From assembly GCA_963705255.1 (NCBI GenBank), contig OY970061.1:1856001-1920000 (forward strand): a DNA stretch of 64,000 nt, given 5' to 3'. Under the pieces are notes generated by a model. That model saw nothing but the letters and a program-made list of their open reading frames with translations. It did no database searches and was not told where the DNA came from. Positions 21,010 to 29,927 of this stretch are shown here, one piece after another. Made by a program: the position numbers and the translations under genes. The stretch comes from an uncultured Methanoregulaceae archaeon. GTDB taxonomy: Archaea; Halobacteriota; Methanomicrobia; Methanomicrobiales; Methanospirillaceae. Position 1 is the first letter of the stretch. Every line of letters starts with the position of its first letter.

Positions 21010-22431
21010 TTAGGACTCGAACGTGACCAGCTTGGACTGGAACGTCCCGTCCACGAAATTGATCTGGCAGGTCTTCGCCTTCTCACCTTCGATCGGCAGC
21101 GGGTAACAACCGGTGAGACAGCCCGTGCAGAGATCCTCGCGGTCAAACCCGATCGCCTCGATCAGCGCCCCGATCGAGACATGGTGGAGCGTGGTCGCCG
21201 TGATGTTGTGCCGGACCTCCTCTTCGATGCGGTTGCTTGCGATCAGTTCCTCGCGGGTCGGCATGTCCACCCCGAGGTAACAGGGAGCCTTGATAGCCGG
21301 GGAACCGATCCGCATGTGCACTTCCCGGGCACCTGCGTCCCGCATCATCTCGATGATCCGCTTCGAGGTCGTCCCCCGTACTATACTGTCGTCCACCAGG
21401 ACCACCGATTTGTCCTTCAGGTGAGCGGGTATGGGGTTGAGCTTGATCCGGACCGCCTTCTCCCGCTCTTTCTGGGAAGGCATGATGAATGTCCGTCCCA
21501 TGTACCGGTTCTTCATCAGGGACTCGACGAACGGGATCTTCGACCCTTCCGCGTACCCGATCGCGTAGGTGGTCCCCGAGTCAGGGACCGAGCAGACCGA
21601 GTCCGCCTTGACCGGGGCTTCCTCGTGGAGTTTATGGCCGATCTGGCGCCGGACATCATAGACCAGCACGCCGTCGATTATCGCATCGGCCCGGGCAAAA
21701 TAGATGTACTCGAAGATGCAGTGTGCCCGTTTGCCGGCAACAGCAATCTGCGTGCACCGGATCCCATCTCCGTCGATCCGGATAAGTTCCCCGGGCCTGA
21801 CATCCCGGATGAACTTCGCACTCAGGGCGTCAACGGCCACGCTCTCGGACGCAATCATGTAGCCGTTCTCGGTCCTGCCGATGCAGAACGGCTTGATCCC
21901 CAGCGGGTCCCGGAAGCCGTAGAGGATCCCGTCGATCAGGATCACGACCGAGTAAGAACCCACGAGCCTGCGCATGCAGAGATTGACCGCATCTTCCACG
22001 GAGCCGGCGTTGCTGATCGAATCGATGAGGATCTTGGCGATAATCTCCGTATCAGTAGTGGTGGTAAAGATCTGGCCTGCCTGTTCGTATTCGGCCCGGA
22101 GCTCGCAGGTATTGACCAGGTTCCCGTTGTGGGCCACGGAAATGGAATGATCCTGGAACTGGAAGTTCAGGGGCTGGATATTCTCGGGAAGGTTTGCACC
22201 TGTGGTCGGGTAGCGGACATGCCCGACACCGGCCGTGCCCTTCAGATCGGATAAAACAGACGGGGAAAAAACATCGGCAACCAGTCCGTTCCCCTTGAAC
22301 TTATGGAGATTGGTGCCGTCAAACGTGGATATTCCGGCGCTCTCCTGACCACGGTGCTGGAGAGCATACAGGGCATAATAGAGCTGGATTGATACACCGC
22401 CAGCATCGACGATGCCAACGATTCCACACAT
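21010..22431 (-). CDS. purF: amidophosphoribosyltransferase
   Basis: MCGIVG, LQHRGQESAG, VDDSIVRGTT, CTGC. Confidence 0.97.
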   Translation of the reverse strand: MCGIVGIVDAGGVSIQLYYALYALQHRGQESAGISTFDGTNLHKFKGNGLVADVFSPSVLSDLKGTAGVGHVRYPTTGANLPENIQPLNFQFQDHSISVAHNGNLVNTCELRAEYEQAGQIFTTTTDTEIIAKILIDSISNAGSVEDAVNLCMRRLVGSYSVVILIDGILYGFRDPLGIKPFCIGRTENGYMIASESVAVDALSAKFIRDVRPGELIRIDGDGIRCTQIAVAGKRAHCIFEYIYFARADAIIDGVLVYDVRRQIGHKLHEEAPVKADSVCSVPDSGTTYAIGYAEGSKIPFVESLMKNRYMGRTFIMPSQKEREKAVRIKLNPIPAHLKDKSVVLVDDSIVRGTTSKRIIEMMRDAGAREVHMRIGSPAIKAPCYLGVDMPTREELIASNRIEEEVRHNITATTLHHVSIGALIEAIGFDREDLCTGCLTGCYPLPIEGEKAKTCQINFVDGTFQSKLVTFES

Positions 22432-22440
22432 GGTACAACT

Positions 22441-22623
22441 CTAATGCGTCGGGATTTTCGGTCGCTTGTTGTTCCACTTGTTGCTGATCATCTTGGTGCT
22501 TCTGCCAAAACCGCAGGCAGAGCAGACTTTCTTCTGGGCATGGAACGAGATCTTCCCACACCGCCGGCAGGCGATATGGGTGAACTTGTTCATCTTGCCC
22601 ATGGATGGAGTGCCTTTTGACAT
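22441..22623 (-). CDS. rpl37e: 50S ribosomal protein L37e
   Basis: [19 protein letters not shown]...CSACGFG. Confidence 0.97.
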   Translation of the reverse strand: MSKGTPSMGKMNKFTHIACRRCGKISFHAQKKVCSACGFGRSTKMISNKWNNKRPKIPTH

Positions 22624-22634
22624 GTTACTTCACC

Positions 22635-22865
22635 TTATTGTTCGAGTGATGGAGAGATATAAATCACGTTATCCCCACGGACGATGAGCGTGCCGACCTT
22701 CTGGGCCTGCCCGTTCTCCACTTCCTCGGCCTTGTCGAGGACGAGGTTCATATGTACATCATATCCCTGGAGAACGCCCCGGATCTCTCTCCCGCCTTTG
22801 AGAGATACAATAACGGGCTGACGGTTCAGCACCTGATCCAAAATATCCAACGGCCTCTTGGTCAT
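22635..22865 (-). CDS. Sm-like (Lsm) protein
   Basis: [21 protein letters not shown]; conserved Lsm-L37e pair. Confidence 0.95.
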   Translation of the reverse strand: MTKRPLDILDQVLNRQPVIVSLKGGREIRGVLQGYDVHMNLVLDKAEEVENGQAQKVGTLIVRGDNVIYISPSLEQ

Positions 22866-23046
22866 AATACTACCCTGTTACCATCGCTCTGGAGTAATAT
22901 ATGTGTGCGAGCAGGTTACTTAAACATACCGTAGATCCCCCCAGAGCAATAAGGTTTCCTGCCGGTCAGAGGCTTAAAAAGAGGGGGAGTTTTCATAGCG
23001 ATGCAAATTTTTTTCATGCCTGCACTCTGATTGTTGAAGCAGAACG

Positions 23047-23544
23047 ATGAAAAAAATTGTTGTAAAGAAACGCCATTCCATCCGGAAAAGCCAGGGGCAG
23101 GAACTGCTGGCGCGGCTTGCAGAACAGATCGGGCCGTCGGCAAACCTCTTCCATGGGGACATGATCGAAGTGCTCGAAACGAACGCGGATGTCTCCCTCT
23201 TCATGGTCCACAAGAAGCCGCTCCTCATGGCCACGGATGCGTGGGTCTTCCCCACCCTCAAAGGTGCAGTCCAGCTCCCGTTCCCGGAACGGCGGGTTGT
23301 TGTCGACGCCGGGGCCATCCCCTACGTCGTCAACGGTGCGGATATCATGCGGCCCGGCATCGTCTCGGTCACGGATGACGTGAAGGCACAGGCACCGGTC
23401 CAGATCGTTGACGAGCGGCACGGCAAACCCCTTGCCATCGGAATCTCGCTCTTTGATGCGCCCGATCTGCGTGCCAGTACGGCCGGAAAGATGGTAAAAA
23501 AATTCCATCACGTCGGTGATGAGATCTGGAACATGGAGATCTGA
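23047..23544 (+). CDS. PUA-domain RNA-binding protein
   Basis: VDAGAIPYVVNGADIMRPGI, HHVGDEIW. Confidence 0.9.
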   Translation: MKKIVVKKRHSIRKSQGQELLARLAEQIGPSANLFHGDMIEVLETNADVSLFMVHKKPLLMATDAWVFPTLKGAVQLPFPERRVVVDAGAIPYVVNGADIMRPGIVSVTDDVKAQAPVQIVDERHGKPLAIGISLFDAPDLRASTAGKMVKKFHHVGDEIWNMEI

Positions 23545-23666
23545 CCAGCGTCCGGGACGTTGGGCATGCGGAAAACAGCCGGTTTTTCCCATTTTTTTTG
23601 CCTAAAACCCTGAGATGAGGCTTCAAAATAGATACTATTAAATAAGTTTCGTCATACAGTTTTTTT

Positions 23667-24035
23667 ATGGTTAAAATCATAGACACCCTTCTTGGTAAGA
23701 GTTCCGCAAGCTCGGACGACGATTACATGGAACTCGACCTCGCTTCTTATGAAGAGCACGGCGGAGCCGGCCCGGCACTGCTCGTAAAGATCGCGACCAT
23801 AACTGACCTCAAGGACACTCCCCGTGTCAAGGACGAGGTCTATTCCGGCAACATCGTGATCGTCGATATCTCCCGCCTGAAGATGGACAAGATCTCGTAC
23901 GAGCGCGTCCTGAAGGACCTAAAAGAAGTGGCAAAGGACGTCAACGGCGATATCATCGGCCTTGGGGACCAGCGCTATGTCGTCCTGACCCCTATGTCCG
24001 TGAAGATCTCGCGCGACAAGATCGGTGGAGCATAA
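23667..24035 (+). CDS. sepF: cell division protein SepF
   Basis: DYMELD, VYSGNIVIVD, GDIIG, VVLTP. Confidence 0.9.
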   Translation: MVKIIDTLLGKSSASSDDDYMELDLASYEEHGGAGPALLVKIATITDLKDTPRVKDEVYSGNIVIVDISRLKMDKISYERVLKDLKEVAKDVNGDIIGLGDQRYVVLTPMSVKISRDKIGGA

Positions 24036-24560
24036 GTGCAGAGCGTCGTCCCGGGTCCGTGTCCGTCCTGCAATACTGAAATCGAATACCTGTATAAGAC
24101 AGAAAATATCCCCTATTTTTCCGATATCCTCATTATTTCTGCGGTCTGCCCCTCCTGCGGGTACAGGTTCGTTGACACGCAGCTCTTAAAGCACGGAGAT
24201 CCTGCACGGTACACGATGCCGGTGGAATCAGAAGACGACCTTGCGGTCCGGGTCGTGCGGAGCATGAGCGCCAGCATCGAGATCCCCGAGATTGGAGTAC
24301 GCATCGATCCCGGCCCGGTCTGCCAGGGGTTCATCTCCAACGTTGAAGGCGTGCTCGACCGGATCGAGCAGGTGGTGAAGGGTGCACTCAACTGGGGCAC
24401 GGACGTAGAGAAGGAGAACGCGGCGGCACTCCTCACGGATATCGCCCGGGTGAAGAGCGGTGCTTACCCGGTTACGCTGATCCTTGAAGACCCGTGCGGG
24501 AACAGTGCGATTGTATCGGAGAAGGCGAAGAAGGAAGCGTACGTGCCGGAAGAAGAGTAA
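24036..24560 (+). CDS. ZPR1 zinc-finger protein
   Basis: CPSC, IPYF, CPSCGYR, RVVRS, SNVEG, EDPCGNSAI. Confidence 0.9.
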   Translation: MQSVVPGPCPSCNTEIEYLYKTENIPYFSDILIISAVCPSCGYRFVDTQLLKHGDPARYTMPVESEDDLAVRVVRSMSASIEIPEIGVRIDPGPVCQGFISNVEGVLDRIEQVVKGALNWGTDVEKENAAALLTDIARVKSGAYPVTLILEDPCGNSAIVSEKAKKEAYVPEEE

Positions 24561-24638
24561 ATTTTCTGATTTTTGATTCACCAGAAATCCGAGACCCCCC
24601 TCTTGTGCCTCCGAATGGTTCATCAGGACTATGAGGAT

Positions 24639-24780
24639 GAGAAGAACTCTTCAGAGTTCTTCGAAACCAGAACTTCCCCCATTGGGGGGGACGGGGCAAA
24701 TTGGGATAGCCCCATACAGGTAATACGGAGGCATCGCAACTCGGGGATGCCCACGCGGTGGGGGCGGAGCCCCCAAGAGC
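24639..24780. repeat. REP-like palindrome plus GC-rich mini-hairpins
   Basis: GAGAAGAACTC-TTCA-GAGTTCTTCGA (24639-24664) and GGGGGC-GGA-GCCCCC (24760-24774); related copies at 46.4-46.9 kb. Confidence 0.7.
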
Positions 24781-25065
24781 GTCAGACCTCTGATTAATTT
24801 TTCACCAAAGTTTGATCGATCCGGATTTTTTTCTCGGTCGCTGCAATCCGGAAAAAATCGATCGCGTCTCAGAAATTCTTAAAAATTTTATAAAGAATCT
24901 TTTCAGCCACCCCCAGCACATCCGGAAAACCAGATCCGCCCGTTTCATTGATCGAACCCAAGTCATCATAATATTATAAATGTCATTGAATCGTACCATA
25001 ACGATAAAAATCCGGCCCGATGGAAAAGATCACGCGGGCCACTCAACACACAGGAGAACCGAGCA

Positions 25066-25586
25066 ATGAATAACGACCCAAACCTAGGAGCGATCCTCCC
25101 GTGAATCGCGGCCGCCGGGCAACCAAGGGCCTCGATGACGCCGCCCCCATCGCCCAGCGACGCGGCTGCCTGATGAAGGTCGAGTACGGTCCGGAGAGCG
25201 TCTGCGATTTTTTGATCCGGACCGTCGAGCTCGTGATCTTCGTCCGGGTCGTGCGCATCGAGAAGATCGTTGCCTCGGTGAGCGAGATCGGGCACGAGTG
25301 CCGGGCTATCATCGCCGAGCTCCGGCTCTTCCCGCAGTCGCCGCAGATCCGGCTCGAGCTCTGGGCGTACAACAAACACGGGACGTACCGCTACTTCCGG
25401 CTCACCGCGACCGGCCTGGAGGAGATCCGGCAGAGCGGGGAGCCGGAGACCGTGGCCACGGGCGAAGGGGCGGACCAGCAGAAGGCCGGGGAAGCGGGAG
25501 GTACTTCGGGTGAGGGGCTGTCGCTGAAGTTCTCACGCTGGGGATGTTTCTCCGGTTTCGATGATGACGTATCGCATCCCGGATAG
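25066..25586 (+). CDS. hypothetical protein, possible degenerate restriction-endonuclease-like fold
   Basis: High-GC ORF 25101-25586. CAGGAG + ATG at 25066 joins it on adding one C at ~25098. CDFLI...FVRV...ELW..NKHGTYRYF pattern. Confidence 0.55.
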
Positions 25587-25723
25587 GGAAACCCGTCCAG
25601 ACGGTATTCTGCCTGGCAGAGGGGATTCAAAGTCAGTATTTACACCCTATTTGGAGGGGGTATCCCACCCTACCCTGTACAGGCGGTTCTCCGTCGTAGA
25701 AATCTGCCCCCGGAAAGGGCGAT

Positions 25724-25818
25724 GGGACTAAGTACCCCAAAACGGGGGACTAATTCGGGAAAATGGGGGACTAATTATTTCGAAGTCTTATGATTGGACC
25801 CGGATCGGTCGATCCGGG
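25724..25818. repeat. three GGGACTAA direct repeats (22/21-nt spacing) followed by a palindrome
   Basis: GGGACTAA at 25724, 25746 and 25767; CCCGGATCG-GT-CGATCCGGG at 25799-25818. Confidence 0.75.
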
Positions 25819-25974
25819 CCCGCAGCGGACCCTGATAAAAACCTTACTAGACGCAATACACTGGCAAAACTCAGGCTCAGACAGGCTGGGGTAGGCCCGG
25901 ATCGGAAAAAAGGGGGTCCGGATCGGGTCTCCGGACGGGGGGATCACCCCCCTTGCGCCAGCCGGCGCCTTGTC

Positions 25975-26200
25975 GGCGCCTTGTCGGCGCCTTCCTGACC
26001 TGGCTTGTTCCCTTCCTTGCCTCCATCCTGTTCTATGGCAGGGACGGTATGATGATCGATCTCCAGCTCTTCAAATCGCTGATGATCGGTGTCGGATCGA
26101 TCACTACCGCAATCCTGATCGTCTGGCTCCTTCCAGCCGGTTGAGAAAAATTTCACGCACGAGGCCATCGTGACCGGGATCGTCTGGGCTTCGATATCTC
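25975..26200 (+). pseudogene. fragment of a small membrane-protein gene
   Basis: FLTWLVPFLASILFY...IDLQLFKSLMI.VGS, then a frame change to EAIVTGIVW. No clean start; 11-nt tandem repeat GGCGCCTTGTC at the 5' edge. Confidence 0.5.
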
Positions 26201-26408
26201 GTGATCCCCGCGATGGTGAGCGCAACCTGGGTTGTGATGGAAGAGGTGGGAAAAAGAAAATATTGAAAATTTTTATAAGTAGTTTGTAATTAACGATTTT
26301 TTTAATTCTAGAAGAATTGGATATCGAACGCGATGACAGCGAAATTATTAACGTGTCTGAGATTTTTAAAACATATTATAATACTCGATCTGATAATGGT
26401 GAGCCTTC

Positions 26409-27257
26409 TTGAGTACTGTTGAATGTGGAGATGTAATCTGCAATTTCACAAATCCATTGAAAATTCATGAAGGAGGTCAACGAATTGTTTATCGAATCGA
26501 CCATCCGAAATATGGATTCGCCGTTTTAAAAGTTGGATATTATGCAACACCTTCGAGTCCGATGGGATGGGAATTAGAAAGGATTGAAAGGGAGGTAGAA
26601 ATTTTACGGGAAATTGATTCACCCTTTTATCCGAAAAATTATGATTTTCAAGTAATTTCAAAAAATCGATATATGATTCTTGAAGAATTTCTTGATTCGC
26701 CAACACTCACATATCAAATGGACAGATTCAATTCTCCAATCGCAGCTTTAAAACTTATAAAAGAGTTAGCAACCGGATTAAAAATTATTTGGGATAAAAA
26801 AATTGTTCACCGCGATCTCAAACCGGAAAATATTTTGATTAACGATAATAATTCCCCGAGAATTATTGATCTAGGGATAGCTCGAGTACTTGATTCAGAC
26901 TCAATCACTAAAACAAGATATGGTGGACCCTTATCCCGTGAATATGCACTCCAGAACAACATCGATATAATAAAGCGTTGATAAATTGGAGGACAGACCA
27001 GTATAATCTAGGAATCATTTTGATGCAATTACTATTGAAGGGTGTTCATCCCTTCTCTCCCTCATTAGTTGGTGGGAACTCCATTCGAGATAATATTTTG
27101 AATAATAACTGGTACCGAATTGCTCTAACTGACATAAGTCTTTTTACCCATACAACCATTCGCGACAAATTTGTTGGGTTATGAACAGTTTGAGCGCTAT
27201 AGAACATTTGAATTTTTCATGAACGATCTTGATTCATGTCTGAAGGTGATGAAATGA
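26409..27257 (+). CDS. Hanks-type Ser/Thr protein kinase (two frameshifts, ~26949 and ~27143)
   Basis: EGGQRIVY, AVLK, ERIEREVEIL, HRDLKPENI, IIDLG. Continues YAxPEQ...RTDQYNLG, then LLGYEQFERY...LKVMK* to TGA 27255-27257. GGTGA upstream of the TTG start. Confidence 0.85.
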
Positions 27258-28444
27258 CGTTTGAAATTTATCATCAACTGGGGCATAGAGACAAATGGAG
27301 TATTGATAGTTATCAGAACGATGGAACTGGAGAAGGAGTGATAATCTCCCCTCGTAGCAGAAAAAAAAGAAATGTGGAGTCTTTAAGCTCTACAGTGAAA
27401 AAGAAAGCAATTTTTGATCCTCAGTTTTTCAATCCGAATGCTGTAATAAAAAAGATGGATTCATATGATTTTTATCCCGATTTAATGATGCCAGGTGGAT
27501 TTGATACAATTCGTTTTTCAAATTATTGTTCGAATGTTGCTGAAAATTGTGTTTCTTTTCAAATTAAGAATAACTTCAGGTACATAGTGATTCCGACGAG
27601 GTTCTATGAGGGGGCACCGGATGCCGAATTTTTCACACGGAATCAAGAAAATGATTTTGTTATTCCTTTTTTAAATGCGAAAGACGCCATTAAGTCAAAA
27701 AAAGATGCGATTCTTCAGTTAGTTCTTACTGGACATATGTTGAGAAATAAAGTCTTTATCGATTATTTGCTTACATGGATAACGGGTCTCGAAGGGATCA
27801 AAGGGATTTATCTTATTACAGAACTATTACCAAGGAATTCTCAAATTACTGATGCCGAATTTTTATTGAATTTGATGAATTTCATCCACATACTCCATAA
27901 AAACAAAATGATTATTGTTTTGGGGTACCTGAATAGTGAATCGTTAATATTGTCGATTGCAAATCCATCGATCGTAACAATTGGTTCTTTCGGAAATTTA
28001 CGAATCTTTAATTCAAAGATGTTCGAAGAAACAGAGGCAGGAGAGATTAAAGTTCCGAGTTATAAGATCTATTCACCCGTACTTCTAGATTGGATTGATG
28101 CCCCATACGTAGATCTTATGAGAGACAGAGCCATAGTTCCTAACGAGTTCTTTGGGAATAATACATATCTGGAGACAATGTTCAGCGACGGGTACAATGG
28201 TAGTGCTCAAAGCAATGAACCATACAAACATTATTTCATTGAAATTTCGAAACAATTACAAGATATTCGATCATCAAATGGTGCGGATAGATATTCAAAA
28301 GTAAGTGAAATGTTACGAAATGCCAAAGATGAGTATTCCCGAATTAATGACACAGGAATTGATATCGGAAGACAAGGTGCCTTCGTTTCTCAATTTGCAA
28401 CAGCAGCAAATTTATTCGCACGTGATCAAGGTTGGAGAAAGTAA
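27254..28444 (+). CDS. hypothetical protein, predicted (beta/alpha)8 barrel
   Basis: Long AT-rich ORF; ATG 27254 overlaps the kinase stop (ATGA) after GGTGA; eight short hydrophobic strands alternate with helices. Confidence 0.8.
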   Translation: MTFEIYHQLGHRDKWSIDSYQNDGTGEGVIISPRSRKKRNVESLSSTVKKKAIFDPQFFNPNAVIKKMDSYDFYPDLMMPGGFDTIRFSNYCSNVAENCVSFQIKNNFRYIVIPTRFYEGAPDAEFFTRNQENDFVIPFLNAKDAIKSKKDAILQLVLTGHMLRNKVFIDYLLTWITGLEGIKGIYLITELLPRNSQITDAEFLLNLMNFIHILHKNKMIIVLGYLNSESLILSIANPSIVTIGSFGNLRIFNSKMFEETEAGEIKVPSYKIYSPVLLDWIDAPYVDLMRDRAIVPNEFFGNNTYLETMFSDGYNGSAQSNEPYKHYFIEISKQLQDIRSSNGADRYSKVSEMLRNAKDEYSRINDTGIDIGRQGAFVSQFATAANLFARDQGWRK

Positions 28445-28446
28445 GA

Positions 28447-28878
28447 ATGGTATTTAAGACTGAATCCGATTTGGTTGAGGCAATAAAAAGGAATCAACAG
28501 ATTCATGATTTTATGATTTCAGGGGATTTTTTGATGCAAGAAGAAGTATCAGGATTTTTTGGCGTTCCTGATGTCGTTTTTATTAAGCAAAATCACGAGA
28601 GAAAGATCTCATATGCATACGAGGCAAAACTATCCAATTGGCCTAGGGCATTGACACAAGCATTCCGATACAAAGCATTCGTTAATAAATCGTTTGTAAT
28701 TCTGGATCACGACCATATTGAACCAGCGTTGTCAAACGCCGATAAATTTTGTAAGGCGAATGTTGGGTTGATGAGCATAGATTGTTCGGGAATCCTTCAT
28801 TGTCATTATAACCCCTATTATGAGACGCCATATTCTCAACGGTTGGAATATAAGTTCAATGAAAAATATCGATTGTAA
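28447..28878 (+). CDS. small PD-(D/E)XK nuclease-fold protein
   Basis: TESDL...QEE...VPDVV...YEAKL..W..ALTQAFRY; starts 2 nt after the upstream stop. Confidence 0.75.
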   Translation: MVFKTESDLVEAIKRNQQIHDFMISGDFLMQEEVSGFFGVPDVVFIKQNHERKISYAYEAKLSNWPRALTQAFRYKAFVNKSFVILDHDHIEPALSNADKFCKANVGLMSIDCSGILHCHYNPYYETPYSQRLEYKFNEKYRL

Positions 28879-28935
28879 TTTTTGTAGTTATTGTCTTTTT
28901 CGATTTGATGAAAATTAGAAAGAGATTAAAGCCCT

Positions 28936-29927
28936 TCACGTTATCTCCATCTCCCCGAGCCACGCCCCTGCTTCCCGTATGACTTTCCCGACGACCTGTG
29001 CCCCCTTCACCATCTTCCGGATGCAGGCAACGCTCTCTTTGGGGACGACATATGCGTATCCCATGCCCATATTAAAGGTGCGGTACATCTCGACCAGCGA
29101 AATATCGCCGGCCTTCTGGATCCACGAGAAGATTTCCGGAGGGGTTATGGGCGTGTCGAACCGGAAGCCGTAATCGCTCAGCCGCCTGAAGTTGAGCAGC
29201 CCTCCTCCGGTGACATGACACATTCCGTGGACCGCACAGGCTGCCGTTACCTTCAGGGTCTCGTGGTAAATCCGGGTCGGGACGAGCAGTTCCTGCCCGA
29301 GTGTCCGCCCGTCCCCCAGCTGCTCAGCGTATCCCGCGTACTTCTCCACGACATTCCGGGCAAGGGAGAGCCCGTTGCTGTGGACACCCGTTGACCGGAT
29401 CCCGACAATGGTATCGCCGGGCCGGATCTTTCACCGGTTATGATCCGGTCCTTCTTCTGCATGCCAAGACAGGTACCGGCAAGGTCGAGGCCGTTGACCA
29501 GTCCGCGCAGCGACGCGGTCTCCCCGCCCACGATGTCGATGTTCGCCTGCCGTGCGCCCTCGTTCAGGCCGATTCCGATCTGGGACATCTTCTCTATCGA
29601 GAGCTTATCGGTAGCAATGTAATCGACGAACGCGACTGGTTCCACGTTCATGACATAGAGGTCGTTCACGTTCATCGCGATGCAGTCGATACCAACCGTA
29701 CTCCAGTCTTCCATCCGGTCCGCAACGAGCATCTTCGTCCCCACCCCGTCGGTGGTCAGGGCAAGCGCCATCTCGCCGAAATCGATCAGCCCGGCAAAAT
29801 GGCCGACCGATCCCATCATCGTGGTGCTGCCTTTCCGCCTGAACTTCAGGTTCCCGATGAGGGCTTTGATTGCCGTTGCTTCGAGATCGATGTCCACGCC
29901 GGCTTCCGCATACGCGTTCTTACTCAT
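28936..29927 (-). CDS. purM: phosphoribosylaminoimidazole (AIR) synthetase (frameshift ~29430)
   Basis: YAEAGVDI, TDGVGTK, AMNVND, GGETA, HVTGGG, TFNMGMG. Halves join on adding one A. Confidence 0.95.

Noticed and set aside
20923-22254. Long antisense ORFs (443 aa here; also 3896-5020, 6244-7287, 31491-32504, 57362-58471, 61764-63017)
   Set aside because: Shadows of high-GC3 genes on the opposite strand (purF, tldD, lonB, tfrA, trpB2, aminotransferase) with no recognisable motifs.
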